Source: Saprospiraceae bacterium
GTDB taxonomy: Bacteria; Bacteroidota; Bacteroidia; Chitinophagales; Saprospiraceae
Direction: 5' to 3'
DNA length: 64,000 nt
Assembly (NCBI GenBank): GCA_021298575.1
Contig: JAJTFM010000013.1
Coordinates: 5,291 to 69,290 of the forward strand
Of the stretch, positions 1-9,527 are shown in pieces; positions within the stretch are counted from its first letter, which is position 1, and the number at the start of each line of letters is the position of its first letter. The notes under the pieces were generated by a model. The model was given only the letters and a program-made list of their open reading frames with translations. It did no database searches and had not been told where the DNA came from. A program made the translations under genes and the position numbers.

Positions 1-2874
1 TTGTTCATATCCTCCTGTCCCTTGCTCAGCTTGTCTTTGGGTTCCCCTTCGCCTTTGTTCTTGCCTTTGCCCTGACCCTGACCCTTCCCGGGTTTCTGGC
101 AACTCTGGTTTCCGGGCATTCCGGAGGCCATCTGTTCCTGCATATTCTGCATGGCATCCGAGAGCAGCAGCGCAAGATCATTCATACTCTTCATGGCACC
201 CTGCTGGTGCACATTAGCGGTATTGGTACGGCGTTCCTCAAGCTCCTCAAGTCCATCCTTGAAAAAACCTTTTATTTCCGTAACTTTTTCGGTAATAACT
301 CCGGAAATCTGGAACTGACGGCCGGCGAGCGCCTGTAGGCTGTCTTCCACAATACGGAAATCGTCCTTGATTTTGTACTGCTGTTGCATCAGCGATACAT
401 AATAAGGTGTATTGATGGTGGCAGAGCCGGTCTCCTTCATATTTTGCTCCTGGGCAAAAGACAGTCCGACGAGATTCTCGAGCAGCTGCCTGATAGCCTT
501 CAGGTCTTCCTCCATTTCTGCAGCAGCACCCGACTCCTTGTCCTGCTTCATCTTGTTCGCCATATTCTTCATTTTATTGGCGGCCGATTTCTGCTTTTTG
601 CTCGCGCTCTTGCTGTTCTTCTTCTCTCCAAGATCCTGCTTGGCATCCTTCATGTCTTGTTTGGCATCATTCATTTCCTGCTTGTTGTCATCAATCTTCT
701 GCGGACGTTTCAGGTCTTCATTCTTTTTGAGCAACTCGTCCATTTTTTTTGTGAGTTCCTCCATTTTTTCGTTCAGGCTCTGCTGATCTTTGGCGAGTTC
801 CTCCTGCGACTTTTCTTCGTTTTCAGTCTTTTCTGCTAGCTCTTCCTGCTCTTTGGCCAGTTCATCCAGCTGGTCGATCTGCTGGTCAAGCATCTGTTCT
901 ACTTCCAGCTGTTTATAGAGTTCCTGCAGGCGCTCCAGTTCTTTGGAGAGTTCCTCGTTATTGGATTTCATATCATCCATTTTTTCGAGGGCTTCGTCCT
1001 TGTTCTGTTCCTGCAGCAGTTTTTCAATGTCTTCCATGAGTTTCTGCATCTCCTCCGACATCGTTTCATTAAACATCTGCTCGAACTGTTCCTGCTTCTG
1101 CTGCATCTGTTCGGTTTGCTGTTCGAACTCCTGCTGTTGCTGTTTATTTTGCTCGAAATTCTGTTTTGCCTCCTCCATTTGTTGCTGCAGTGCTTTCTGC
1201 CGCTCCATCAGGCGCTCCATTTCCTTGCGTGTCTGCCAGTCGAGTTCTTTCTTCTGGAGCACTTTTTCGCGAAGCTTTCTGAGCTCTTCCTGAATTTTCA
1301 TACTCTCTTTGAGCGCTTTATCGAGGTCTTTCCTGATCTCGTCGCTGTTCTCAGCCTGTTGTTGCTGCATTTGCTCCAGTGAGGGAACCTTGTATTGCAT
1401 GAGTCCGGTGCGTGCACTTTTGGAACCATTCACCGCATCATTATCGAATACTTCGAAGTAATACTGCACTTCGTCACCCGGCTCCAGTTTTATGTCGCGG
1501 ATATCCCAGTTATAGCTGTACTGCGCTTGTTTACCGGCTGGCTTGTCCAGTTTAACTGTATTCATGGGTAATTGTCCGCCCCTCTCCTTCCTGATCTGGT
1601 AATTGAATGTCAGCTGCTGAAGACCGTAATCGTCGGAAACTTCTCCTGCAAAGAAGGATAGCTTCATGTTTGCGCTGTCCTTGAACTCCTCCACAGTAAT
1701 CTGCGGGTGCAGGTCTGGGATGACCGTGATTGTATATGCTACCGAGTCGGCTCCTTTAAGGGAACTGTTGCTGAGGAAAACCTTGTACAGCTCGTCTTTC
1801 AGCGCGCGTTTGCTGTACTGAAACAGTTCATCATCGGCTCTTTTTGCGTCAGAGGGTGCTTCATTGCCAAATTTAATAGCCAGATTATCGGTGCTTTGTG
1901 CATTGAATGACCAGGCGATACTGGTACCTGCTGGTACTACAAGATCACCTATATTGGAAAGTTCCTCCGACTGGCGCCCTGTATAGGCAGGATAACCCAG
2001 TTTTGTGGCAAAAGACAGTATATTTGGCTTGCGCAAAACATTGAGCTGATACTCACGGCTTTCCACGCCGCCGGCGAACAGATTAAACTTCGCATCTTTT
2101 TGAATATTGACGAATTTGTATGAAAACTGGTCGGCAGCATCTTTATTCAGGCGGTACTGTACGTTACCGAGGTTGATAAACACCTCGTTTGGCAATGCAT
2201 TCCCCTCCACCTTTATCCTGAGGTCGTAATCAGAAAACTGTACCGCCTGCAGACTGTCGGCCTGAACGATGAAGCGGAATGGTGCAGGTTTTTCATAAGT
2301 TGTTCTGCTGTTCCAGAGGCGTGTGGCACCTTCCCTGATGATATTCGGCGCACCCAGCATGAGGAAGAGCAACAACAGCAGCGGAGGCAGGGCGTATCTG
2401 AGATATTTGCGGTTCTTGTTCAGGTCAATAGCTGCCTGAAAAGGAACAAGCCTGATTTCTTCCGACTTCTGATTGATACTCGCATTGATGAGTTCGGTAT
2501 AAATAGCATTGCTGCTTTGCTGTCTGAGCTGCAGAATGTTCAGCAGCTTGTCTTTCACATTGGTAAAATGTTCACCAATGATTACAGCGGCCTGTGTGTG
2601 GTTGATTACCTGTCCCAGATTGAAATAGTGCATCAGAGGCAGTGCAATCCACTTCCAGGTTGCCAGCATACTAGTACCAACAAAACCCCAGAACAGAACA
2701 GTACGGGTAGTGGTACCAAAATAGAGGTAATACTCTGCTACGTTCAGCAGTATGAACAACCCCAACACCAGACCCACCGTGTAGAGTGAGCCCCGAAGAA
2801 GCTGATTGATGTAATATTTGCGGATGAAAGCATCGAGCTTTTCAATAAGCAGGGAATAATTGTCTTTTTGCATG
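1..2874 (-). CDS. DUF4175-like large membrane-anchored coiled-coil protein (N-terminus in window, C-terminus runs off left edge)
   Basis: ATG at 2874-2872 (minus) translates to MQKDNYSLLIEKLDAFIRKYYINQLLRGSLYTVGLVLGLFILLNVAEYYLYFGTTTRTVLFWGF..., with two N-terminal TM helices. No complete ORF is listed for this frame, so I infer it stays open to position 1. The distal part is an E/K/Q/L-rich coiled coil, which explains the CT-rich low-complexity shadow ORFs on the + strand. Confidence 0.7.
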
Positions 2875-3063
2875 TCAGCAGTGCTACTTTGAACAGACCA
2901 TTGAATCCGGATACGACCCGGACACTCTTCACCTAATCTGCGCAAAATAAACGGTTTTTACGGTGATTGGTTGGATAAAAATTCCATTTAACCTGAGTTT
3001 GACAGTTTATTAGGTTGCTATTCGTCTCACAGGATTATTTTCACCAGTGAAAAACAGCAGTTT

Positions 3064-4554
3064 ATGGGTAAAATAACCAGAATAACATTGTTTATAGCCT
3101 CTTTGCTCGCTTTGCAGAGCTGTATCCCATTTCACTCAAACCTGCCAAATATTATTTACATATACGCCGATGATCTTGGCTACGGGGAGCTGGGCTGCTA
3201 CGGACAGGACAAAATCAGTACACCATACCTCGATCGCCTTGCATCGGATGGTATGCGTTTTACACAACACTACACGGGCGCTCCTGTGTGCGCACCCGCC
3301 CGATGCATGCTCATGACGGGCCAGCACGCAGGCCACTCGTATATCAGGGGCAATTATGAACTGGGTGAATTTGCCGACAGCCTGGAGGGCGGGCAAATGC
3401 CACTCCCTCCAGGTATTTTCACCCTGCCTGCCATGCTGAAAGGAAAAGGATATACCACAGCTCTCTGCGGGAAATGGGGGCTCGGAATGCCTCAAAACTC
3501 CGGCAGTCCGCTGAAGCATGGATTTGACTATTACTACGGTTACCTGGACCAAAAGCAGGCTCACAACCACTACCCCACCCACCTGTGGGAAAACGATTAC
3601 CCTGATACGCTCGATAATCCTGCCATATACGTGCACCGGCCTCTGAACCCTGAAACAGCCACCAGTGCAGACTTTGACTACTTTACCGGCCGCACTTATG
3701 CTCCTCAGAAAATAACCGAAAAAGCAGTGAGCTTTATCAGAAAAAACCGAAAAAAACCCTTTTTCCTGTATCTGCCCTACACCCTGCCACACCTGTCGCT
3801 ACAGGTACCCGCGGAGTATGTCCGCTTATATCAGGGGAAATTTGAAGAACGTCCGTACTACGGAGACCGGGGCTACTCCTCCACCCAATACCCGAAATCC
3901 ACCTACGCAGGCATGATTACCTGTCTCGATGATCAGGCCGGAATAATAGTAAAGACACTGGAGGAAGAAGGACTGACACAAAAAACACTCGTCATGTTTT
4001 CAAGCGACAATGGCGCTACTTTCACCGGCGGCGCCGATACCCGTTTTTTTAACAGCCAGGGAATACTCCGAGGCAGTAAAATGGATTTATACGAAGGCGG
4101 CATCAGGATACCATTCATTGCCAAATGGCCAGGTAAAGTCAAAGCTGGCACACAAAGCACGCATGTATGCACTCAGTACGACCTCATGGCAACTATTGCC
4201 GACATCACACGATCGGAAATAACCGAAACCGACGGCATTTCATTTTTTCCCGAACTGTCCGGAAATACAGACAAGCAAATCCCACACCCTTATTTGTACT
4301 TTGAATACCCTGAAAAGGGGGGACAGGTTGCCATCAGAACAGGCAACTGGAAAGGTATCAGGGTGAACGTCAGAAAGAACCCTCACGCACCCTGGGAAAT
4401 TTACAATCTGGAAACGGATCCGTCAGAGAGCCGCGATGTGGCCGGAGAACATCCGGAACTGGCAGAACAATTCAATATCATTCAGAAAAAAGAACACCGG
4501 AATGCTCACATTAAAGAATGGGAGTTCATCAGACCCCTCTTCAAAAATCAGTAA
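3064..4554 (+). CDS. Sulfatase family protein (arylsulfatase / N-acetylgalactosamine-6-sulfatase-like), lipoprotein signal
   Basis: 496 aa. Lipoprotein signal LLALQSC. Formylglycine motif C-A-P-A-R in APVCAPARCMLMTGQ. Typical YADDLGYGELGCYG N-terminus. Confidence 0.9.
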   Translation: MGKITRITLFIASLLALQSCIPFHSNLPNIIYIYADDLGYGELGCYGQDKISTPYLDRLASDGMRFTQHYTGAPVCAPARCMLMTGQHAGHSYIRGNYELGEFADSLEGGQMPLPPGIFTLPAMLKGKGYTTALCGKWGLGMPQNSGSPLKHGFDYYYGYLDQKQAHNHYPTHLWENDYPDTLDNPAIYVHRPLNPETATSADFDYFTGRTYAPQKITEKAVSFIRKNRKKPFFLYLPYTLPHLSLQVPAEYVRLYQGKFEERPYYGDRGYSSTQYPKSTYAGMITCLDDQAGIIVKTLEEEGLTQKTLVMFSSDNGATFTGGADTRFFNSQGILRGSKMDLYEGGIRIPFIAKWPGKVKAGTQSTHVCTQYDLMATIADITRSEITETDGISFFPELSGNTDKQIPHPYLYFEYPEKGGQVAIRTGNWKGIRVNVRKNPHAPWEIYNLETDPSESRDVAGEHPELAEQFNIIQKKEHRNAHIKEWEFIRPLFKNQ

Positions 4555-6140
4555 CCTGCCCGCTCCCGGAACCCCGGTTTCTGCCGCTTCCCGCTCGCCT
4601 GCTCGTATGCGTACGCAAGACCAATCAGTTTCCCCTCTTCCCAGGCACCGGCAAAGAAAGCCAACCCGACCGGCAAGCCGTCAACCTGCCCCATCGGTAC
4701 TGTGATGGAAGGATAGCCAGCCACTGCCGCCGGTGAATAGGCTCCGTAACCCGTCCACTGATCGCCGTTCAGCGGATCAATGCACCACGGAATGCCATTT
4801 GCCGGACCACAAACTGCGTCGAGCTTGTTGTCTGTCATGAGCGTATTGAGGACCTTCTGTGTGTACAGGTGTGATTTTTCAAGTGCAACCAGGTAGGCAG
4901 GGTCGGAAAGACTGCCAAGTTCCTGACTGGCCTCCAGTATTTCCTGTTTGAAATAGGGCATTGCCGACTGTTCGTGCGATTTGTTGAATTCAATGACATC
5001 CTGAAGAGTTTTGACGCTGGCATTCGAGGTACTCAGATAGTTGTTCAGCCCGTCCTTGAATTCATACTTGAGTACATCAAACTCGGCATCTCCGTTTTTC
5101 TGCAGTTCGGCCAGATATTCAACCTCCACTATTTCAGCGCCCTTGTCTCTGAGCGTCTGAAGTGCCTCACTCAGTAGCTTGTCAACAGCTTCATGGTTTT
5201 TCAGATACGATTTTTCGATACCAATCCGCTTGCCTGACAGTGCATTTCCATCGAGAAAACGTGTATAGTCAGGTTGAATATACCCCTGAGCACCGGCAGT
5301 AGCCTCATCAGAAGCATCCTGACCAGCAAGCACCTGCAGTAAAAGAACCGCATCCCTGACCGAACGTCCGAACGGGCCGGCGGTATCCTGTGTTTTCGAG
5401 ATTGGTATGATACCTGTACGACTCACCAGTCCGACAGTAGGCTTGATACCCACAATGCCGTTCACCGATGCCGGACATGCGATTGACCCGTCGGTCTCGG
5501 TACCCACAGCAACCGCACACAGACTGGCTGCCACCGCCACCGCCGAGCCGGAACTGGATCCGCAGGGCGAGCGATCGGTCACATACGGATTTCGGGTTTG
5601 TCCACCCCTGCTGCTCCAGCCACTGGCCGAACGGGTGGAACGGAAGTTCGCCCATTCACTGAGATTGGTTTTTCCGAGAATAACAGCCCCTGCCTCCCTG
5701 AGCCGGGCAACGATATGTGCGTCGGCAGAGGCGACATTACCCTCCATGGCAAGTGCACCGGCGGTGGTTTGCATTTTGTCGGCCGTATCAATATTATCCT
5801 TCAGCATCACGGGTATTCCGTGCAATATGCCCCTAACTTTACCAGCTTTTCGCTCATCATCAAGTGTGGCAGCAATAGCAATCGCATCCGGATTCAGCTC
5901 AATGACAGCATTGAGGGATGGCCCGGACTTGTCAATCTCGCCAATCCTGGCGAGATATGCCTTCACAAGTTCCACTGAAGAAACCCTGCTCTCGTTCATG
6001 GCCTGCTGAAGCTGATCCACCGATAGCTCTTCGACATTAAAGCGCCCCGTTCTGCCTATATAAATACAGGAAGACAGGCTGGCGAGCGACAGACCGATAC
6101 CGGCTATCGTGGAATTTCTGATAAATTTTCTTCTTTGCAT
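4548..6140 (-). CDS. Amidase (amidase-signature family), Tat-type signal
   Basis: GGSSSGSAVAVA signature and MLKDNIDT motif. The likely start is M52 of the listed ORF (MQRRKFIRNSTIAGIGLSLASLSSC, twin-arginine-like), ATG at 6140-6138. Its 3' end overlaps the sulfatase by 7 bp (TCAGTAA). Confidence 0.85.
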   Translation of the reverse strand: MQRRKFIRNSTIAGIGLSLASLSSCIYIGRTGRFNVEELSVDQLQQAMNESRVSSVELVKAYLARIGEIDKSGPSLNAVIELNPDAIAIAATLDDERKAGKVRGILHGIPVMLKDNIDTADKMQTTAGALAMEGNVASADAHIVARLREAGAVILGKTNLSEWANFRSTRSASGWSSRGGQTRNPYVTDRSPCGSSSGSAVAVAASLCAVAVGTETDGSIACPASVNGIVGIKPTVGLVSRTGIIPISKTQDTAGPFGRSVRDAVLLLQVLAGQDASDEATAGAQGYIQPDYTRFLDGNALSGKRIGIEKSYLKNHEAVDKLLSEALQTLRDKGAEIVEVEYLAELQKNGDAEFDVLKYEFKDGLNNYLSTSNASVKTLQDVIEFNKSHEQSAMPYFKQEILEASQELGSLSDPAYLVALEKSHLYTQKVLNTLMTDNKLDAVCGPANGIPWCIDPLNGDQWTGYGAYSPAAVAGYPSITVPMGQVDGLPVGLAFFAGAWEEGKLIGLAYAYEQASGKRQKPGFRERAGY

Positions 6141-6171
6141 AAGTTGAACAAGATAAACAGAGATGAATACC

Positions 6172-7617
6172 CTACTTCCCACCCGAACATTCCAGCACCC
6201 AGACATACTTGCCGGCAGAAACAGCGGCGGCAGGAATACTGATTTCCACCGTATCGCCTGTCTGTTTCCAGGCAATACGGGCATTCGTACCAAGCATTCT
6301 CAGTTTTGCACCCTTTTCAAAAGGCATTTTGGAAATAGTCACCTTTTCTCCGGGGGGCTGAAACAGATAAATGAAGCTGCGTCCGTCTTTGGATCGGGTA
6401 AAGCGGATATGATCGCCCTCGCTGAATGTTTCAGCCATTCTGGTTCCATAAACGGCCTCGCCGTTTACTTTCATCCACTCCCCGATTTCGCGAAGACGGT
6501 CGTATGCCACCGGATCAAACTCCCCGTCGGGGCCCGGACCGATATTGAGCAGGAAATTACCGCCCTTGCTCACGATATCCACCAGCTTTTCAATCAGTTC
6601 ATCTGTGGGCTTGTACTTGTCGTCCGGTACATAGCTCCAGCTTCCGGCCATAGTCATACAGGTTTCCCACGGATAAGGCAGTCCTTCATCGGGGATATGC
6701 TGTTCGGGGGTGAGATAATTCTGATATTGACCCGGCACAGCCCTGTCTACCACAATCAGGCCAGGTTGTTTGGCTCTTGCCTTCTGTACAATTTCACTCA
6801 TTCTGATATCCTGACTCTGCGGATTACGGGCCCAGCGACTTCCGTCGTATATTTCAGTGAGTTCGCTCACAACTTCGGACTGGGTTTTTGTGCGCACCCA
6901 GCCGCCATCGAGCCACAGAATATCCATTTTACCGTACTCAGACATCAGTTCATCTATCTGATTATGAGTAAATTGCACATATTTATCCCATTGTTCGGGA
7001 TATTTTGGAATAGAATAGTTACAATTTCTGTCGGAGGCAGGGAATTTCTTCCACCAGTAGGCATCGCAGTGCCAGTCGGGCTTGGAAAAATAGGCTCCCG
7101 TCCACAATCCCTCCTTTCTGAAGGCATTGAACACTTCCTTCGCCACATTGCTGCGCGGGCTGGAAGAGAAGGGACAACCCGGATCAGTTATTTTATAGTC
7201 CGTCTGGTCTGAATCAAACATACAGAAGCCATCGTGGTGTTTGGTCGTGAAAACCACATACTTCATACCGGCCTCTCTGGCCGCAGTGGCCCATTTTTCG
7301 GGATTGAACTTTGTCGGGTTGAAGGTTGTCTTCAAATTTTCATAGGCCCTGACATAATCGTTATAATTATCAGATATACCGGGCTTTCTGGCGCCGGTAG
7401 CCCAGCCAAGATCTTCCGGACAAATACTCCAGCTTTCAACAATTCCCCACTGACTGTATGCACCCCAGTGCATCAACAGTCCGAATTTGAGATCCTGCCA
7501 TTCTTCCAGCCGCTGACGGATGGCCGGATCGGGATCGGGGGTATAAGCCTGATGTTCCTGTGCAAAGGCATACTGTGCCTGCAGTAAAAAGAGTAAAAAG
7601 AAAGTATGGAAACGCAT
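6172..7617 (-). CDS. Alpha-L-fucosidase (GH29)
   Basis: 481 aa. Signal peptide ending AFAQ. KFGLLMHWGAYSQWG motif, ILWLDGGW, and GH29-typical length. Confidence 0.85.
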   Translation of the reverse strand: MRFHTFFLLFLLQAQYAFAQEHQAYTPDPDPAIRQRLEEWQDLKFGLLMHWGAYSQWGIVESWSICPEDLGWATGARKPGISDNYNDYVRAYENLKTTFNPTKFNPEKWATAAREAGMKYVVFTTKHHDGFCMFDSDQTDYKITDPGCPFSSSPRSNVAKEVFNAFRKEGLWTGAYFSKPDWHCDAYWWKKFPASDRNCNYSIPKYPEQWDKYVQFTHNQIDELMSEYGKMDILWLDGGWVRTKTQSEVVSELTEIYDGSRWARNPQSQDIRMSEIVQKARAKQPGLIVVDRAVPGQYQNYLTPEQHIPDEGLPYPWETCMTMAGSWSYVPDDKYKPTDELIEKLVDIVSKGGNFLLNIGPGPDGEFDPVAYDRLREIGEWMKVNGEAVYGTRMAETFSEGDHIRFTRSKDGRSFIYLFQPPGEKVTISKMPFEKGAKLRMLGTNARIAWKQTGDTVEISIPAAAVSAGKYVWVLECSGGK

Positions 7618-7690
7618 GTTTGAATTAATTTCGCCCGAAAGATACCATATTGATGCAAAAAAGCGTCAATATCTGTGAATACATGTTTCT

Positions 7691-9376
7691 ATGCCGATAT
7701 CAAGGCCCCTTCCGGAAATAAAAAACGAACTGAAAGAGCTGCTGATCGCAGATATTTCGGCTTTACTGCAGGCTCTCAGGGATTTGCTGCCGGAACATCA
7801 GGATAAACACAATACTGTAATTGTTATGCAGGGACAGTTGAAGGACGCCAACAAAGCGTACTTCAGAAATACTATTGATGCCGATGATTTTCAGCAACGG
7901 CTGGATACCATCAGGGCTAATTGTATGGGCCTGATTTCTGCGCTGGACGAAACAGATTTTGAGGTACAAAACGAAAAACACGGGGATCACGGTAGCTGCA
8001 AGTATGGGAGTGTCCTGTACCGGGTACCGCGGGAAATGCCGCTGCTGAAACCAGTCATCTGTATAATAAGGGTTGCTGCCGAAGAAGATGCTGTATTTCA
8101 GGATATTGTGCTTGATCAGAATGTGACAGTCCGGGAACGGGTGGAAGTGTCCGATATGATGACCGCCGAACTGATGGACCCTGCCGGCGAAGTTTTCACC
8201 ATCAGGTCACTCAGCGCTGCCGAGCAGCTGGTACGCGACAGCGGATATACACAGTGGATTTTCAGTGTAACCCCCGGAGTAACCGGCCAGCACCAGCTAC
8301 TGGTAAAAATTTCCATGATGGAGTACTTGCCGGAACTCGGAAGGTATGTTCCCAAAGAAGTTTCAGTACTGGAGATTGTCACGGTTAGCAGTGAGTTGCC
8401 CCTGTCGGAAGAAACTGATGACGAAATGAGGCAATCGGGGCCAAGGCTGAGACTGGGACAAGACAATAAGCCTGATACAGGTCATTTTGAAGCCGCACTG
8501 GAGATGGATGACAGTGAATATGCATCCCCTGCTCCACCGTCTCCAGTTGCTGATATTCCTGCCCGCAAACCTTCGCGCGGTCGGGCTGCTGCCATTCTGA
8601 TGGCTATACTTCTCACGGGAAGTACGGCGACCTGGGCACTTGCGCCAAAGTACACGCGCGACTGGTGGCTTGCGAGTATGCGGGATGAGACCGACGAGTA
8701 CATCGCTTACGCTGAAAAATACCAAAATACACCCGGCGCCAGTATGAATGTAGAAAAAGCCCTCTTTTACAAGGCAGAAAAGACCAATGACCTGTCTGAC
8801 TGGCGGGAATATCAGGCAGTATTTGCCGAAAACGGTCAATTTGCAAACCAGGTTTCTGACAAAATCCGACAGATTGAGTCGAAAAGACTGGCTATACTCG
8901 CCCAATCACCAGCAGCCAATGGCCTTGTCAGCTTTGTGAAGGATTTCCCGGAAAGCGAGCGCTTACCGGAACTCAGAGAGACAATAGTTAACCAGAAAAA
9001 CACCTCCGACAGCCTGATTCAGGGCCTTGAAGATGCTTATCTGCTGAGCCTGCGACTTAAACCAAGTTCTGCCAAAATCAGTGCCTACCTGCGCGACTAT
9101 CCCGCAGGCGACAAGCTGGCAGTGGCACTGGAGAATGTACCGAAAGATACCTTGAGAGAGGTGCAAACATATATAGATCAAGCTATTGTGAAACAAATTA
9201 CAGAGGCAAGGACACCAGCTGACGTACGCAAATCCATCCCGGCACTGGAGGCAGCAGGAAGTCCGGAGGCAATTCAACAGGCTGAAACAGTCGTATCCGA
9301 AAAACGCAATTTAAAGCCGGCGCTGTCAGATATCAGGGCTGCCAAAGAAAGAGCCAGAACAAGAAATGGGGAATAG
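7691..9376 (+). CDS. Hypothetical single-pass membrane protein with a helical N-terminal module, a beta-rich middle domain, a TM segment and a helical C-terminal region
   Basis: 561-aa ORF with no competing frame. TM segment AAAILMAILLTGSTATWALAP lies around residue 300. No catalytic motif recognised. Confidence 0.6.
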   Translation: MPISRPLPEIKNELKELLIADISALLQALRDLLPEHQDKHNTVIVMQGQLKDANKAYFRNTIDADDFQQRLDTIRANCMGLISALDETDFEVQNEKHGDHGSCKYGSVLYRVPREMPLLKPVICIIRVAAEEDAVFQDIVLDQNVTVRERVEVSDMMTAELMDPAGEVFTIRSLSAAEQLVRDSGYTQWIFSVTPGVTGQHQLLVKISMMEYLPELGRYVPKEVSVLEIVTVSSELPLSEETDDEMRQSGPRLRLGQDNKPDTGHFEAALEMDDSEYASPAPPSPVADIPARKPSRGRAAAILMAILLTGSTATWALAPKYTRDWWLASMRDETDEYIAYAEKYQNTPGASMNVEKALFYKAEKTNDLSDWREYQAVFAENGQFANQVSDKIRQIESKRLAILAQSPAANGLVSFVKDFPESERLPELRETIVNQKNTSDSLIQGLEDAYLLSLRLKPSSAKISAYLRDYPAGDKLAVALENVPKDTLREVQTYIDQAIVKQITEARTPADVRKSIPALEAAGSPEAIQQAETVVSEKRNLKPALSDIRAAKERARTRNGE

Positions 9377-9383
9377 TCCCATA

Positions 9384-9397
9384 CCTGAACAAGCTCT
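9384..9397 (-). repeat. Degenerate remnant of the MITE terminal repeat (CCTGAACAAGCTCT)
   Basis: 14-nt exact match to the outer end of the 21-nt TIR, 8 nt after the stop codon of the 7691-9376 gene. Confidence 0.4.
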
Positions 9398-9527
9398 TAT
9401 ATTTGTGCACTAAAACAGTGCCTATGAACATCACTTTCCCGGGTCACAAATGCTTTCTGATGGAAAAAGGAAGTAGTCGGCTGCTCACAGACTACTCGCT
9501 GATGGAAATCGGGGAAAACATACAGGT

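Noticed and set aside
384-1382. Several + strand ORFs (151, 124, 116 and 88 aa) made of L/F/S/C-rich low-complexity sequence
   Set aside because: They are antisense shadows of the E/K/Q-rich coiled-coil region of the minus-strand DUF4175-like gene. They have no protein-like composition.
6163-7212. 349-aa + strand ORF
   Set aside because: It lies entirely antisense to the well-supported GH29 fucosidase gene and has no recognisable motifs.
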